DNA from: Ginglymostoma cirratum | Lineage: Eukaryota | DNA: 64,000 nt | Reading direction: 5' to 3' | Assembly: GCA_024137785.1 (NCBI GenBank) | Contig: JAHRHZ010000087.1 | Coordinates: 19,634,029 to 19,698,028 of the forward strand | Shown: piece by piece, positions 48,531 to 62,686 of the stretch | Layout of the letters: every line of letters starts with the position of its first letter | How positions within the stretch are numbered: position 1 is the first letter of the stretch | Made by a program: the position numbers and the translations under genes | Notes under the pieces: model-generated | What the model was told of the DNA's origin: nothing | Databases searched by the model: none | Seen by the model: only the letters and a program-made list of their open reading frames with translations

Positions 48531-51500
48531 CTGGATTGAGTGTACTGAAGATTTGGATTGCCCTTAGTAGTTAGTTTCCAAAATTACTCTAAAATACACT
48601 GTGGGTAACCTTGCAAGGTGAAAAGCAGGGAAATGCAGGACAAAAAATTGCTCAGATGCTATTTCTCTTAAGCTTTCCTCAGATCATCCATCAAAGTTAT
48701 GGTAGATTATTTGGAAAACTCCCCAGAAATTCAACCACTTCATTCCAATGTGAAACTTTGGTCAACTGTACTAGACTTTGCTGTGATAAAAATCAATATC
48801 CTATGTGGTCCTTTCCCTCATCCACAAACACTGGCTTTTTAGCTCAAATATTCAAAATTGAATTTCATTGAAAATTAATAACAAAAGTTAATACATAACT
48901 GTGGTATTTGTTTTGTGTACCTATTCATTCTCATATACCTACTTATGTAAAATATTTTGTATTTTGGCATTTAATTTTAACATTTCTGAAAGGCTCTATC
49001 ATTATTTGGATAACATTCCAATAAAATGTAGCAAGGCAATGGATATAATTAGTTCTCTGAAATCATGCTAGTTTGTAGTGTCCTGGAACAGAATACAAAG
49101 ATGAACTTCCTTTACGTTACAGCCCTGCAGGTCTGACCTGTTCCATAAATAACACTAATTTATTACACAATCGAGGTTCAACTCTTTTAGGCCAGTTTGC
49201 AAGTTAAATAGTTTCCAGAAGCCTTTCCACTGCTTCTACAACAAGATTCAGCATTTTTAAGCAACACATTTCTTCAATAGTCCAGCTCAATGTGGTACTT
49301 TTAAAAGGATTTTAAAAAAATTAACAGCAATCAACTGTAATGTAGTTGACTCAAAATGTTTGCAGTGGATTAATTAAGCTGCAGACATTCTGGGGAAGAA
49401 GAGTCTATGAACAAAGGCATGTGTTTGTGTGGAGTGATAAAGACTCAGATGATTTATTTAGGCACAGTGCCAAAACCAGAGGCTTTGATTCAGACTTTTT
49501 GTACTAGACAGGCTTGGGAAAGTTGATGTCTTAAGTAGATGCTTATGGGAGACCATCGTCAGGAACATGTTCTTAATTATCTACAGTAAAATAAAAATGT
49601 GAATTGAGACAGCCAAGTACTGGAAATGACACTGTACAAGCAGAGCTACATTTGAACTCAAAGCATTCATGGTTTAGTGCGAAATCTATTTACAGTGCTT
49701 TTGTCATGTCCTTACTTGTGTTATTCTATTTTAAATTTGTGACACTTCAGTTTTAAGGCATTAAACACATTATAATTAGCACGGTTTTTCTACTAGATTA
49801 AAAATTTTTTATTGTTTTATATCTTAAATGGTCATTTATTCTATTTCAAGTAGCTGAAGGTCACAAGTCAAAAGTTATTTCTGTTTTCGGTCAACAGCAA
49901 GCTATAATGTGTCTGATTTGACTCTGCATGTGTGGTCAGAACTACAAGCTGCCCTTATGGCAATGGAAGACCACACTCATTATGATTTGCTTCATTTTGA
50001 TGCTTCAAAATGTTTTACCTTCATCCTTTTCAGGTTTGCTTTCAATAACTGTTCTCAGTTCCTCCATTCTCTATGATCCTGAACTTTTGAGAGTACTCTA
50101 GATAGCAACTAAAAAACCAAGAATAGTTTTAGCAAGATCTTGTGTGAAGGGGAACACGTTAAAGCTGCAGGCCAACTCAAAATTAGGAATTTTACAGTTT
50201 ATGCACATGTATAGCATCAGTATCCAATTAACTTGTTTTATTCTATACTTAATAAATGTTTATTACTCCTTACTAGCTACATCTAGTATAGCTACCAAAT
50301 CTGAATTTTTTTTCTCAATTCTCACGTACTCTCTAAATTGGCATGACTGTGAAGGCAGGCTAGAAATATGCCAGTGTTTGATATGGAATGGAAACCTTTT
50401 CTCATTAAGTTAATAATGATTACTAAACTACCTTGGGTCTTATTCTCTTATTTTTATGGACTAAAATATTTTTGTTAGCTATTGGTAGCTTATATCATCA
50501 TCATTGACATTGAAATGAGAGAGATATACTGAAAATTACTACTATCATGCAGCTGAATCATTAAGTGGGTGAATCCAACCTATTTCTCGACACTCATCAG
50601 GGAGGCATATCTAAATGATAAAGTCCCAAAGATGATTCTCATAAAGCAAGATTCCAATGATAAAATAGACACTTCTCTCTCCAAGAATTTGAATGGTTAG
50701 TTCAAAATGATAATGCACAAGATGAACTCATAATGAATCATCAGGCTGTTTTACATCATGCCAATTTTCTTTTCCATTCAATAAGTCAATAAAAAAGAAA
50801 TCAAATACATTGTAAAACAGGCTGCCAATTCACAATGATCTCACTTTGCATTACTGCCATAGACCAATTTTGCCCAGTCTCCTGAGACACAAAACTGCCA
50901 GGGGCAAAAGTTGTACATTAGAATAAAGCACTGGCATCCTAATATGCTATCCGAAATAACATCCAATCCAATCACACAGAAGAAGGTGAATCTTTACGAT
51001 TGACTCCCTCATACAATATGAAGCATACCTTCTGCAGGAGACTGTCTGATCATTCATCATAACTTTGCTGGGGGTTCTTTGGACAACTAGAAAAATGATG
51101 CAACACCATGGAAGTTAATGGAACATATTGCCTTCTCCAGCTATTTATTCCCATCATGCTCCTCTTTCATTCACAATTGGTCAAACACAGTTGCCTTAGC
51201 CACAGATTTGAATTACTATCCTAAATACATGATATGTAACTATAAATGTAAAGTGGTTGCAAGTGTCAGTGAAAGGAATTCTGTTACCTTTCTTCACTAG
51301 AGATGGCCTACAAGTGAACTGGAGCACAGAGCAGGGTCTCTTTTATCGAGTGTATTGAGCAATTATAAAAAGACAATAGGGAAGCTGGTCCTCCAGTTTT
51401 GGACAAATATTTGATTTGAATGGTTCTATCGGTTCCCACAAAGAATTTGCTAAGTCACATATTTGGTCCTGTCTTTTAGAACTATTGAGGACTAAGATTA

Positions 51501-53430
51501 TATAAGAGTATTTCATATTCCATGAGTAAATCAGATGTCATGTAATTTCAAGTCATATGTGGCCCACTAGAAAGTGAGCACTTATTTTCAAAAGCTTGAC
51601 AAGATATACAAACTCAGATACAGCTCAATAGATTTGCATCCCATGACTCCCCAAAATCACTCTGTGTGGCTGCATGATGATACACTTAAAGATACCACAA
51701 AATACTACGTCATTAACAGTCAGTGATACCTTCCACAGCCTATCAGAGAGAGTAGTGTTATGAACATCATCAGCAAGAACGAAGGAAGCAATGTCCAAGG
51801 ATTGGGACAGAATGTGTTAGTAACATACTTTTGTGAAGTACATCAAAGGACAAAGAAAAATAGTAAAACAAAATGGAAGTAGACAAAATAAGGAGAAACA
51901 GTTTGCAGGGAGAAACGATGTAAACATAAAGAGCACTCAATATATGTTTGCAATAATAACGTTGACAGCCATTGCTCATTCCAAATGTAATAATATTTCT
52001 AGCTTGCCAGCCTGAAATTTCTGACAACATTGCATCTTTGACATGATTCCTTCAATGGGAGCCATTTTAAAAGCATGTGTTAATATATTTTTTTCAATAG
52101 AAACTTCCTCTTCTACTGAAGGCAAAAGATTTTGCAGTCTTTGTAACAGTAAAGTAGATAATGACACTGAAAAATAATTGCACAATGGCTAAAGAAAATT
52201 CTTGGAGATTTTTCAGAATCACACTTAGGTCTGCATTAAGCAGCATTTGCTGAAAAATTCTATGTGTGTGAACAGCTACAATCAGTGAAACTCATAGTAC
52301 GGCTTATCTACACTTGCTAAATGTAACTGACCCTTGCCCACTCCCTGAACTCCAGTTAGATAGAGCCCCTGACCATGGAGGTAAGGAGCAAGAGGCTGGG
52401 TTAGTGAGTGGGAGAAGCGGCAATTCAAAGAATAAGGGGTAAGAGACTGTGTTAGTGAGTCCAATTGTCTGTTCAAGAATGGTGTAGGTCAGGTCACGTG
52501 GCCCTACCCTAGAATTGAGGGAAATGATATTGAAGAGAACCTCACAACACGAACAGATGACAAAGTGGAACAAAGTAAATTGAGACAGTGTTGAAGAGAG
52601 ACTTACTGTTATAAATGATTCATACTCCAGACATACAACCATTAAAAATTGGGATAAAACACCCATAATTCATCTTGCACAATATTCATAAAGGATCACG
52701 AGATGTATCTACATTCCTGGAAGCAGCTGCACTGTGACTTTCCATACAATGGATGAGGAGAGCGTGCCTAAATGCGATTTTAAAGGTTGATGCTCCACCA
52801 AGTGTGTAATTTCAGTCAACAACTTCATGGTCTTTCTGAAAACTAGCTTTCATACTAACTGTTTGAATTGTTTTCAAAAGAGGATTCTGAATGTGAGTGT
52901 ACAATATATTAATCTCAGTACCATCAGCATTTTTGTTTTCTTCAGTCATACGTAATTTTACAATGCTGCTCATTGTTTTGATGCTGAGTTGTTTTGTTAC
53001 AAAATTGATATGTTGAGTGCTTTTTTGAAAAAAAGTGATTGTTGTGGGACACAAACATAAGCATAGAGTTCAAATAAAGTTGGCAAATACTAAACCTTGT
53101 CCACTGTACATACACTGAGTTAGCAAGCAATCAAAATTTCAGGTCAGGCTCAGATAATGTCACCCAGTCCCAAATGCAATTTTTGATCATTATGGTGTTT
53201 AGGACAAATCAAGACATTGGGAAGAGGAGCCACAGGCCAGCGCAAGGTAAAAAGGTAAATAGATTTTAATGTCTTCATGAGATTGTTCAGTTGTTGATTG
53301 CAACTGCTCACACTGGCTCTGACTAAAGTCTAACACATCAACTTTGGTCTTTGTGTTGGGTAAGGGAATCAGTTACAATACCTGGTTTATATTTCTTTTA
53401 AAAGTCATAACCTTGGAGATTGTTGACTGA

Positions 53431-54450
53431 TCATAAGATGTTGGCGAATTAGGCCATTCAACCCATGCCTTGTCTTACTATGAGATCATGGCTGATCTGA
53501 TAATCCTCAACTTCACTTTCCTGCCTTTTCTCCATGACTCTTGATTCCCTTACTAATTAAAAATGTCTATCTTGTGACTTGAATGTAATTAATAACCCAA
53601 TCTCAACAGTGCTCTGTGGTAAAGAATTGCACAGATTCACAACCTTCAGAGAAGAAGTTCCTCCTTATCTATCTTAAATGAGTGGCCCCTTATTCTAAGA
53701 TTATGCTTTGTAATCCTAGATTCTCCAACAAGGGGAAACAGTCTTTCTGCATCTACTCTGTAAAGTCCTCCAAAAATCCTATTTGTTTCAGTAAGGTCAC
53801 CTCTCATTCTTCTAAACTTCAACGTACTCAAACTTTCTTCATAAGACAGTCCCCCTATAAGCAGTATCAGCCTTGTGAACTTTCTCTGGACTGCCACTTA
53901 TGTCAGAATATCTTTCCTTAGATAAGGGTCCCAAAATTGTTCGCAGAATTCCAGGTGGGTCTGACAAGTGCCTTGCACAGTTTTAGCAAAATCTCCCGAC
54001 TTTTATACTCTATTTCCTTTGAAATAAAAGCCAACATTCCATTTACCTTCCCTATTACGCAGTAAACTCAGATGCTAACTTTTTGTGATTCATTGACAAG
54101 GACTCGCAAATCCATCAGTTTTGTAGCTTTCTGCAGCCTTTCTCTATTTAAACAATATTCAGCTCCTCTATTCTTCCTGCCAAAATGCATAACATCACAT
54201 TTCCCCATGTTATATTCCATTTGCCAAGTTTTTACCCACTCACTTAACCTATTTATATCCCCATGCAGATTCTTTGTGTAATCCTCACCACTTGCCTTCC
54301 CAACAATTTTGTGTCATCCACAAACTTGACTACAGCACATTCACTCTCTCATCCAAATCATCAATATTGTGAATAATTGTGTCCCCAGCCCTAATCCTTG
54401 TGGAATTCCACTAGTTACATGTTGCTGTCCTGAAAATATCTCCCTTATTA
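53431..54450 (-). mobile_element. CR1-type LINE 3' fragment (RT C-terminus and tail)
   Basis: KFVDDTKIVG, WQMEYNMGKCDVMHFGRKN, VQRKFTRLI...[10 protein letters not shown]. Confidence 0.93.
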
Positions 54451-54596
54451 TGGAATTGAGTCTGTGGCCAGGAAATTGGGCTGAATCAGCTGAAGATTGT
54501 CACTTGTCCTAATTCATGAGCCTCTTTTTTCCCATAATTTCTCAATCTCTTCTGGTTCACAAGGTGCACAAGGCATATGCACAGACCTCTTACCTA

Positions 54597-54665
54597 AGGG
54601 TCCTTGTGGTGTAGTGGTATTGTCTGTGCCTCCGGGCCAGAAAGCCCGAGTTCAAGTCCCACTTA
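54597..54665 (+). mobile_element. tRNA-like SINE head (not a functional tRNA)
   Basis: tgtggtgtagtggta (A-box)...gagttcaagtccc (B-box), without a complete cloverleaf. Confidence 0.6.
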
Positions 54666-54899
54666 TCCTTTTGGATTCACCTTTCCAATACAGAAAAAAA
54701 AAACTTGGGTGGTGGAATAACAAGTAGAAGGAAGTGAAGATGACGCAACACCACCATTTGGCCCCACACTTACAGCCATCAGCTCAGGTACATGCATTGT
54801 AGATGGCAGATTAGAAAGTTGAGATCATCATATAATGAGACACCACACTTCTGGACTGCAGTGAATGTGGGGAGAATGAATTGTGTAGGTGCTAATTCA

Positions 54900-55190
54900 C
54901 TGTAAGGTGAGGTATACAGAAGTTCTGCTGCACAGAACTCAGTTGAAGATTTCAATAGGGAAAGCTATCTGCTTGTGAGATGTGGCTGTCAGTGTTGAAG
55001 AGCTGGCAGTATATGTGCAAGCTTTGGCATGCGGGTGTGAAGCTTGCACGGTGCGCAGAGTGTGAGGTTGCAATGAAACATATGAATATTAGGTGTGTGA
55101 CATGATGGATAGAGACTGAAGTCTGATGGGCATACTCAACAATAGGTAGAAGATCAATGAAAACCTTGTGTTCAATATCAAGGAACAAGG
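54900..55190 (-). mobile_element. Possible Harbinger Myb-region relic
   Basis: HKVFIDLLPIV resembles RKKFNDL.RV and is followed by CA-rich intron-like sequence similar in style to 47780-48040. Confidence 0.35.
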
Positions 55191-55252
55191 AGTCCAGCAC
55201 CCACTCTCAAAAAAATGTGTAGGTATGCTGGAGCCAAGCAAGAGCATGGCAC

Positions 55253-55347
55253 TTGTGGCACAGTGGTAGTGCCCCAGTCTCTGAGTCAGGTTCAAGTCCC
55301 ACATGATCCAGGTAACATCTCTGAACAGATCGACTAGAAAATATTTA
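55253..55347 (+). mobile_element. Short tRNA-derived SINE (same family as 14908-15017)
   Basis: ttgtggcacagtggtagtg...ggttcaagtcccac...taacatctctgaacagatcgactagaaaatattta. Confidence 0.65.
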
Positions 55348-56533
55348 GGAGCAGAAGGACAGATGAAACAGGCAGTAAGAGAATGATCAAGATGAATGCT
55401 ACTTATGATTTCAATACATAACATAATTTAATTTTTAGATTTGTTTCAAAGTAACAATTTCATCAAACCATTCTTGCATCATGTCAAAGTGGTCAGTGAG
55501 AGACAGAGGGCAAAGAATGCAGGACAATTGATGGATGGTGAACTGGGGTTGTGGTTATCGTCGTCACCTTAATTTAGCTTGTCATTTACACCTCTGGCAG
55601 AAAGGAAATGTCTAGGTTGCCACCCTGCTGACTCTCATACTCCTGATCCTCAGAAACTCACCTAACAGTTACTGGTGGTAGGGGCTGTCTGCTCATGGGT
55701 GATGAGAATGTGCTTTATGCAGCAAACCACATCAACTCCTGAGACCTACTCCGCTGGTTAATGCAGGGTTCCTCCAAAATGGTGTAGGTAGCAGAATTGT
55801 TATTTCAACATGTGAATGCTCCGCTCCATCACATTCTTCATGGCAGCAAAGCTGTAGTTCCGTGTGTGTGTGTGCATGTACTGAACCAGTTATGTGATCA
55901 ACTTATTACATCAGATGGCCCTTGTTATCCAGTAGGGTTTGCCCCGATCACTGAAATGTACCTGACAAAGTGAACAACTGTAGATTAAAGGCGTCGTAAC
56001 TGCTGCAAGGATAGCAAGCATTGACCCGTATGATGCGCTGTCTACAGTCGCATTTGCTTGATAGTGAAGCAGTGGAATTTTAAAATATTCTGGTACCTGG
56101 CAGAGTTAATACGCTTTGTTGAGAAACTACATGTATCCAATGGCACCCTACATCATGGGAGAATCTAAAATTGTCGCAAATCATTGAGCTTGCTTTACCT
56201 GTATAAACTGTAGGCAACTCCTCTGAATAAAGGTGCCAAAATGTTACAGTATCCCCAGCACTTGCCTGGAAGGGACTACATGCATAAACCTTTATTTTAA
56301 CTTATCACTTTCACTTTAACAGCCAATGGCATTGTCATACATTCCCTGCTCTGGGGCTGAAGGTGTCTCTATTGCAGGTGGCAAATTTAATTGCGACTGT
56401 CTTTATTGAAGTATAAGTGTATCACATATTGTTTCTTGCTGACGTTCAGGTAGGACAATGGCTTGAATATATGGGCAGATATGACTTCCTGTTGATAACC
56501 CTTCTATAATTTTCAGTAGAATCCTAGGCTTGT

Positions 56534-56637
56534 ATTCTGAAGAAGAGTCATATTGGACTTAAGACATCAACTCTATTTCTCTCTCACTAAATTTTGCCCA
56601 ACGTGCTGCGTTTCTGCAGTACTTTCTGTATTGTTTC
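56534..56637 (+). mobile_element. Penelope-type short repeat with a decayed hammerhead core
   Basis: ttCTGAAGAagagtc-atattg-gactt (stem II)-aagacatc...tttctctctcac...gctgcgtttctgcagtactttctg. Confidence 0.65.
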
Positions 56638-57643
56638 ACCCTTCTACACCTCTTCCTCCTCCTTCCAATGCACTTATGTGTCTACGAGCATGCTGGTTAA
56701 TTCAGAAGCCTCAAAGACTGTGAAATATCTTTCGGCATTTGCCACACCATTCCCTGTAGAGTTTTACAATTGGAATCATCAATGTGTAGTACCCAACACA
56801 TGTAGAATTGTAGCAACAACTAGTAGTAATCAACCAGCAATTAATCCGTGAGTAGTTTTTGAACCTTTTTGTTTGAGCTGGTGGATCACTTCTGCTGCTT
56901 AATGCACAGTTAGCTGTGTGATTTTGAGGGACGTCAGTGGTGTATGGACCCCCAAAATGATAGCACTGTTATTAGTACAGCACTGTGTATTGACTGACAT
57001 TGTGACCTACCAGCTCCGTGCTTTTACCAAAATGGAGCAGAAGCCACTTCAAATAGCACCTGGTGCACCCAACCAGTGAGCTCCAACGAGCTCAAATTTG
57101 CACCCTTTGTTTCATAGGAAAATACAAACCAAATCTCATCAAACCAGATACATTTACCACCGAGTCTCTATTCAATTTATTTATTCTTTTGAGAGAGGTG
57201 AATAACCAGAAGCATGCTTCCAAGATAAAGTGTTTTCTTTCCAAACTACAGGAAAATTAAGCAAAATTCCAAAAGGCATGCAAGTACTTAGTTCTTCCCA
57301 TTACATTCCACAGATGACATGTTGATGAGTTGGGCAACACTGAAGCTATTTACATTTGATCTTCTATGGCTGTATGTATCATCTGCAATCACACTTGTAC
57401 CTACTCATTTGACCAGTGCATGTTACACAATTAATCCAGGCACTTTCCTAAAGTGAGATTTCACATTGTGCAAGGATAATAAAACCTACTAATCCACAAT
57501 GTGTCCATGTCATATTTGATTGGGCCACAGAAAAGTCGGACATCAGCTTTAAAGGGATGGTTGGCCAGGAATGGACTGTCTTCAATGACAGTCTATGCAG
57601 TGGCTAGACCATGCTGTCAGGTGGGATGACTGCCTTTCTGTCC

Positions 57644-57730
57644 CTCCTGACATTTCAGCCAGCTGTGTGACCCAGTTGTTTTACCAACATGCAAAAAGCA
57701 GGGTCTCATAGCTGGCTAAAATGTCAAGAG
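57644..57730. repeat. Strong hairpin (about 30 bp arms, 27 nt loop)
   Basis: tgacatttcagccagctgtgtgaccc (57648-57673) versus gggtctcatagctggctaaaatgtca (57701-57726), 23/26, extendable by ctcc/agag. Confidence 0.85.
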
Positions 57731-58369
57731 CCTGAGAAGACCGAAAACAGGAGTTAGCGGTTCTTATTTATGTCAGGTGATCAGTGAAGAATTAGTTTCT
57801 GCTGAGATGTTCTGATTAAACTCCATTTACTGTACTAATGTTTCATTGTTCTGCTATCACAGTCAGAGTTAAATAATCTGCTTACTCATACATTATCCAT
57901 CCCTCTCAGCATTTTGGAGACCCCTATCATGCTCCCACTCAATCTTCTTTCACTTTGTAGATAAATGTAAGGTAATGCACACTCATGCAGCATACTTGAT
58001 AAATGTGCACACAATGAGTAATTACCTGTTAGTAAAAGTGGAAAAGGAAGACTGGAGTGTGATTGCTGATCATTCACAGAAATTATTAAGGTAATATCAA
58101 AATTGAAAGTAGAAACATTATGATTTAGTCTAACATAACATGTTAAATATACATTCAGGATTCTACGGCGTATCTTAGTTTTATTTTCACTACGATTATA
58201 ATGAAAATTGTATGATTATAATGAAAAGTGATTTTTTTTCATTACCTTATCTCATACTGTAGAACAGAATGCATATAGAACAATCAAGCATCAATTGGGG
58301 ATAGTGAGAGTGATTCAAAGCAATTGTCCATGACTACTTTGAAACTGACATTGCAATCATGGTAGTCTT

Positions 58370-60060
58370 AATGGAGATACCCACTGAAGAACATTGATAA
58401 ATTGAACAGGTATTTTGCATTGGTCTCCATGTAAAGGATTGTAGTAAAGCCCTAGAACTGGCTGTAAGTCACAAATGCAAGGGGGGTGAGTAACTCAAGC
58501 AAGCTGCAATGACTAGGGAAGTGGAACTGAACAACTTGTTGGAGCTGCTGGATAACAAGTCTCTGTGTCTTGACGGACTTTATCCTGATAAGAAGTGGCT
58601 CTTGTGATAGTTTTGCAATGGTTTCAAATTTCCAAAATTCCCTCAATTTGGGGATGGTTCAATCAAATTATAAAATAGTGAATTTCACTATTTAGTTTGA
58701 GGGAGGGAGGCAGAAAGCAGGTCACTTAGTTTAGTTTAGTCACTTAGTTCTGTCATAGGGTAGATGTTAAAAGCCATGATCATAGACATTACAGGAGTGC
58801 ACTTAGTAAAACATTGTAGTGATCAGACAGGGTTTTCTGTAAGGGAAATCATAATTTGCTAATTTATTGGAGTTTTTTGAGGAATTAACATGTGCTGTTG
58901 ATAAAACGTAACCAGTGGATGTACTGTACTAGATTACGAGAAGGCATTTAGTAAGCTTATTACCAAAAATAAAAGCTCATGATGTACTGGGTAACATATT
59001 GACACTGATATAAGATTAACTCGCTAGCAGAAAACTGACAGTAGGCATAAATGGGTTGTGTTTTTGTTGGCAAAATGTGCTGAGTAGTGTGAAAAAAGTG
59101 CAGGGACTTCAACTTTTTATGATTAATGACTTGGATGAAGGCATTAAAACTATGGTTGCTAAACTTGATGATGACACAAAGACAGGCAAGGAAGTAAGTT
59201 GTGAAGAGGACATATGAAGATTAAAAAGAATGTTGATAGCTTAAATGAATGGACTGTGGTCTGGTAAATGCAGTATAATGTGGGTAAGTGTGAAATTGTC
59301 CACTTTCACAGGAAGAATGGAGAGAGTTTGCACAGCTTGGAAATGCAAAATGATCTAGTTGACCTAGTGCATGAACCGCAGAAGGTTAATATATGGAGGT
59401 ACAGCAAAGAATTAGGAAAGCAAATAGAATGTGTCATACATTACAAGAGAAATTGAATACAAAAAGTATGGAGGTTATGCTTCACTATGTAGAGCATTGG
59501 TGAGACCACATCTGGAGTATTGCGTTAAGTATTGATCACCTTATTTAAGGACAATGTAAATGTTGTGGAAACAGTTCAGAGAGGTTTTATGAGACTAATA
59601 CCTAGAATGGGCAGATTATTTTATGAGAGAAGGTTGGACAGACCAGGCTTATATTCTCCGTAGTTTGGTAGAGTAAGAGGTGATTTGATTGAAATAAATA
59701 AGATCCTGGTGAGTTTTGACAGAGAACATGTTGAAAGGATGCTTTCTGTCCTGGGACAATCTAGAAATTGGGGCCACTGTTTACAAATAAGGGGTCACCC
59801 ATTTAAGACAGAGATAAGGAGAATCTTTTTTCTCACAGAGAGTCATAAGGAATGTTGTTCCTAAAATGATGACAGAAGCAGAGTCTTTGAGTATTTTTAA
59901 GGTAGATCCAAGGTAGATAAGGGAGTGAAAGATTTTTGGGGGAAAAGGCAGGAATGTGGAGTTAAGCTTATAATCAGATTGGCCATGATCATACTGAATG
60001 GTGGAGCAGGTCTGAGGAGACAAGTTGCCTACTCCTGTTCCAAATTTATATGTTTATATA
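58370..60060 (+). mobile_element. CR1-type LINE, 5'-truncated (RT to tail), decayed
   Basis: NLLEFFEELT, VDVLY, INDLDEG...[32 protein letters not shown]; tail gcctactcctgttccaaatttatatgtttatat. Confidence 0.92.
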
Positions 60061-61160
60061 ACTTACACAGAAGGCATTTGAGAAAGCCAATGTAACCAAC
60101 CAAGGGGAATAAGAAACAAATGAAGGCCTGGAAAGTGCACGAACATTGTTGCTGAGTGCTGTTCCTTCAACTCCCTCTCTGTCATGCAGTATGTTTCTGT
60201 TTTTCTTAACTTTCTGCCTATCACAGGATTCAAATGTATTTGAAAATATGCTGTTTTCTATTTACAACCTGCAAAAAACAGCTGATCCTTGTTGCACTAG
60301 ACGCTGTATCTTCTGCATACTACACACCCACATAAAAACTGTGATCATGAACAAAAGTGTCAAAAATCATCAGGCACTCCTAATGAGGTAGCTGATGATT
60401 TTTGACAAATAATGATGAATATATTAACTTACACAACACCATCTAGCAAGACAACCAATACTTTATTTGCAATTTTTTTTCCACAGACATTTCAAATCCC
60501 CTTCTTCTGAACTTTTTGAAGTGCACACTGTGCAAGATAATAATAGGACAGGTAAGGGACTTAGATCCATACCAACCACTGCGGCTGGTCTGAAGCAGTT
60601 GGTGAATAATAAGTTTCCACTCAGATTACAGTTTGAAAGCTTGGGAAAGCTGGTTGCAAAAACACTTGCAAGTTGTACATTTCAAGTAGAATCTAAAACT
60701 GTGCATTCGAAAAGGAATGAAAGCCAAAATGAAGAACTTTAAGCATTATTCCATACGTACTTGTTAATAAACAGACATAATGGGTACATTGTCTGTCTCC
60801 TTGCTAGAATCCAACTTCAACTTCTACAGTGTGTAGCCTTCTATCGATGGTGCTTTCTAATTAGTAAGCAGCAAGTGGGGGAAACTTATTGTAATTTGGA
60901 CTCCACTTAGCTTTTTTGACTTATAGAATGTTTGAGGCTTGCAATTCCATGGTGGATCATGGTCACAAGGCCTCACCGTCACAGCTCATATCATCACAAT
61001 AAATACTTTGTTGTTAATGAAATAGTCTGTTTGTTTACATAGGTCCTTCTTTCAAGAATGATATGGCTGTTTTGGGTAATTTTCTCTACATCTCTGCCAT
61101 GGACAAAACAAAATATTTTCTACAGCTGAGTCAAACTGCACTTCTTAGATGTGCATTTAG

Positions 61161-61202
61161 ATTTCCAACTTTCCAGTTTTATTTCCAACTTTCCAGTTTT
61201 AT
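61161..61202. repeat. Perfect 20-bp tandem duplication
   Basis: atttccaactttccagtttt occurs twice in tandem. Confidence 0.9.
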
Positions 61203-61243
61203 CCTGGAATGTCCAGGAATTTGATATCAATTATCAGAACAAT

Positions 61244-61434
61244 GATGTGCAGGTTGGGTGGATTGTCCATGCTAAATTGTCCATTGCGTCCATGGATGTG
61301 TAGGCTAGGTGGCCATGAGAAATGTAGGGTTATAGGTATAGGGTAGGGAGGTTGGGTGGGACGCTGTTCAGAGGGTTGGTGTAAACTTAATGGGCCTAAT
61401 GGTCTGCTTTCCACACTACAGGGGTTCTATGATT
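61244..61434 (+). mobile_element. HE1-type V-SINE, 5'-truncated
   Basis: gatgtgcaggttgggtggattgtccatgctaaattg...ccacactacaggggttctatgatt. Confidence 0.88.
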
Positions 61435-61976
61435 GTTGTGAGCAACATGGGAGAAAAATTATTTTTGTTAAAAATACTTTCTCTTTGAAATCTTCTGTTG
61501 TTAATTATAAAAAAAGAAATTGGAGATGGGAAGAAAAGAATCATCTGATTAAATAGGGGAAAGTGATATGTGGTTAAAAACAGTATTGGTCAACAGCAGG
61601 ACCCTGGTGGGGCATGCTGGATTTTGGTAGGTTGAAACTCCAGGAATACACACTGAATTGGTGACATGAGTCTGAAATGAATCAGCCAAATCAAATTCCA
61701 ATTCATTATTACTGTACATATGTTATTTAATCTCACTTCTAATCTGTGAATAGAAAGCAAGGGCAAATTGAAATCATGAAAACTTCCTGAATCGTTGAAC
61801 AAGTAAACTCGGGAATTTGACAAGTTTAATGGTTCAGAATACTGGAAAGCAGTAATACCTGAATATTAAGTGCTACATTATAATAAAATAGTGACTGGTA
61901 AAACATGCAAGTAATTTTAATTGGCAAGTTTGTCTGAAGTTTGCTCATTTTATCATGATGGCAGTAACAGTACAAA

Positions 61977-62686
61977 GGACTAAATTGTCCACATCTGGTG
62001 CTGGCACTATTGGAGGATGGAGAGCCAAGAACTCAGGAGCGGGGGGAGAAAAAAACAGGACCACTCACAGACACATCCCTACCACCAGAACCTTCGTAAG
62101 GATGGGCTTAGAATCAGACCAGCTGTTGATTCCATGGAAGCAAGCAGCTAATTATGCTGGTTAAGACCCCAGTTTGGTGCAAACTTGTGTCTTTTCAGGT
62201 GTTCAGCATCTGGCAAGAGTAGGCCCCATCACATGTGGATTGAGCACCCTAGTGCAGGCCGCTTCCTTGTAACCAACAGAAAGTTTATTGAAGCCGGGGG
62301 CTCCATTTCCCACTTTATGAAGTGTAATGCCAGCTGATGGGTTTCACCTTTATCCCAAAGCACCGGTGTCCCAGATTACTATATTTAGTTTGGTGATGCT
62401 GTGCAACCCAGCAAGGGCACCCTCATATTGAAGGGGCCCCCCATGGGCTCTCAGCAGTACCCACTGCTCTTGGTGGGGTTGTCCAATCGCCTCTGTTTGG
62501 GCTGTTGGAATTGATAACCTGCCCTCCATGCTTAATACAGCAGCATCAGGAGTGGCAGGCCAATTAAACAGCCACCTCCTAGAAACTACTAAGCCAGGCC
62601 TGCAGCTGGCAAGTGCAGGTTCCGGACAGGGCACCTATTTGTTCCCAATATAAGTTTCCAGAAGCCTGCGACAAAATCCTGCCCTT
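61977..62686. mobile_element. Probable non-autonomous DNA transposon (Harbinger/MITE-like), GC-rich
   Basis: GC-rich island ending aaaatcctgccc followed by tta; the left end aggactaaattgtcc resembles a decayed inverted terminus; no ORF. Confidence 0.4.

Noticed and set aside
51318-51398. Inverted repeat aactggag/ctccagtt with cttttat/ataaaag
   Set aside because: The arms are short and discontinuous, compatible with chance.
54597-54665. tRNA gene
   Set aside because: A and B boxes are present but there is no complete cloverleaf, and similar decayed heads elsewhere show it is a SINE head.
55885-55985. Possible minus-strand exon after ttgttcactttgtcag (VHFSDRGKPYWITRAI*)
   Set aside because: It stops early in the frames I checked, has no recognisable homology and no partner exons.
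57558-57730. H/ACA snoRNA on the minus strand (two hairpins with ACAGAA in the hinge)
   Set aside because: There is no ACA tail after the second hairpin, and the first stem lacks a pseudouridylation pocket.
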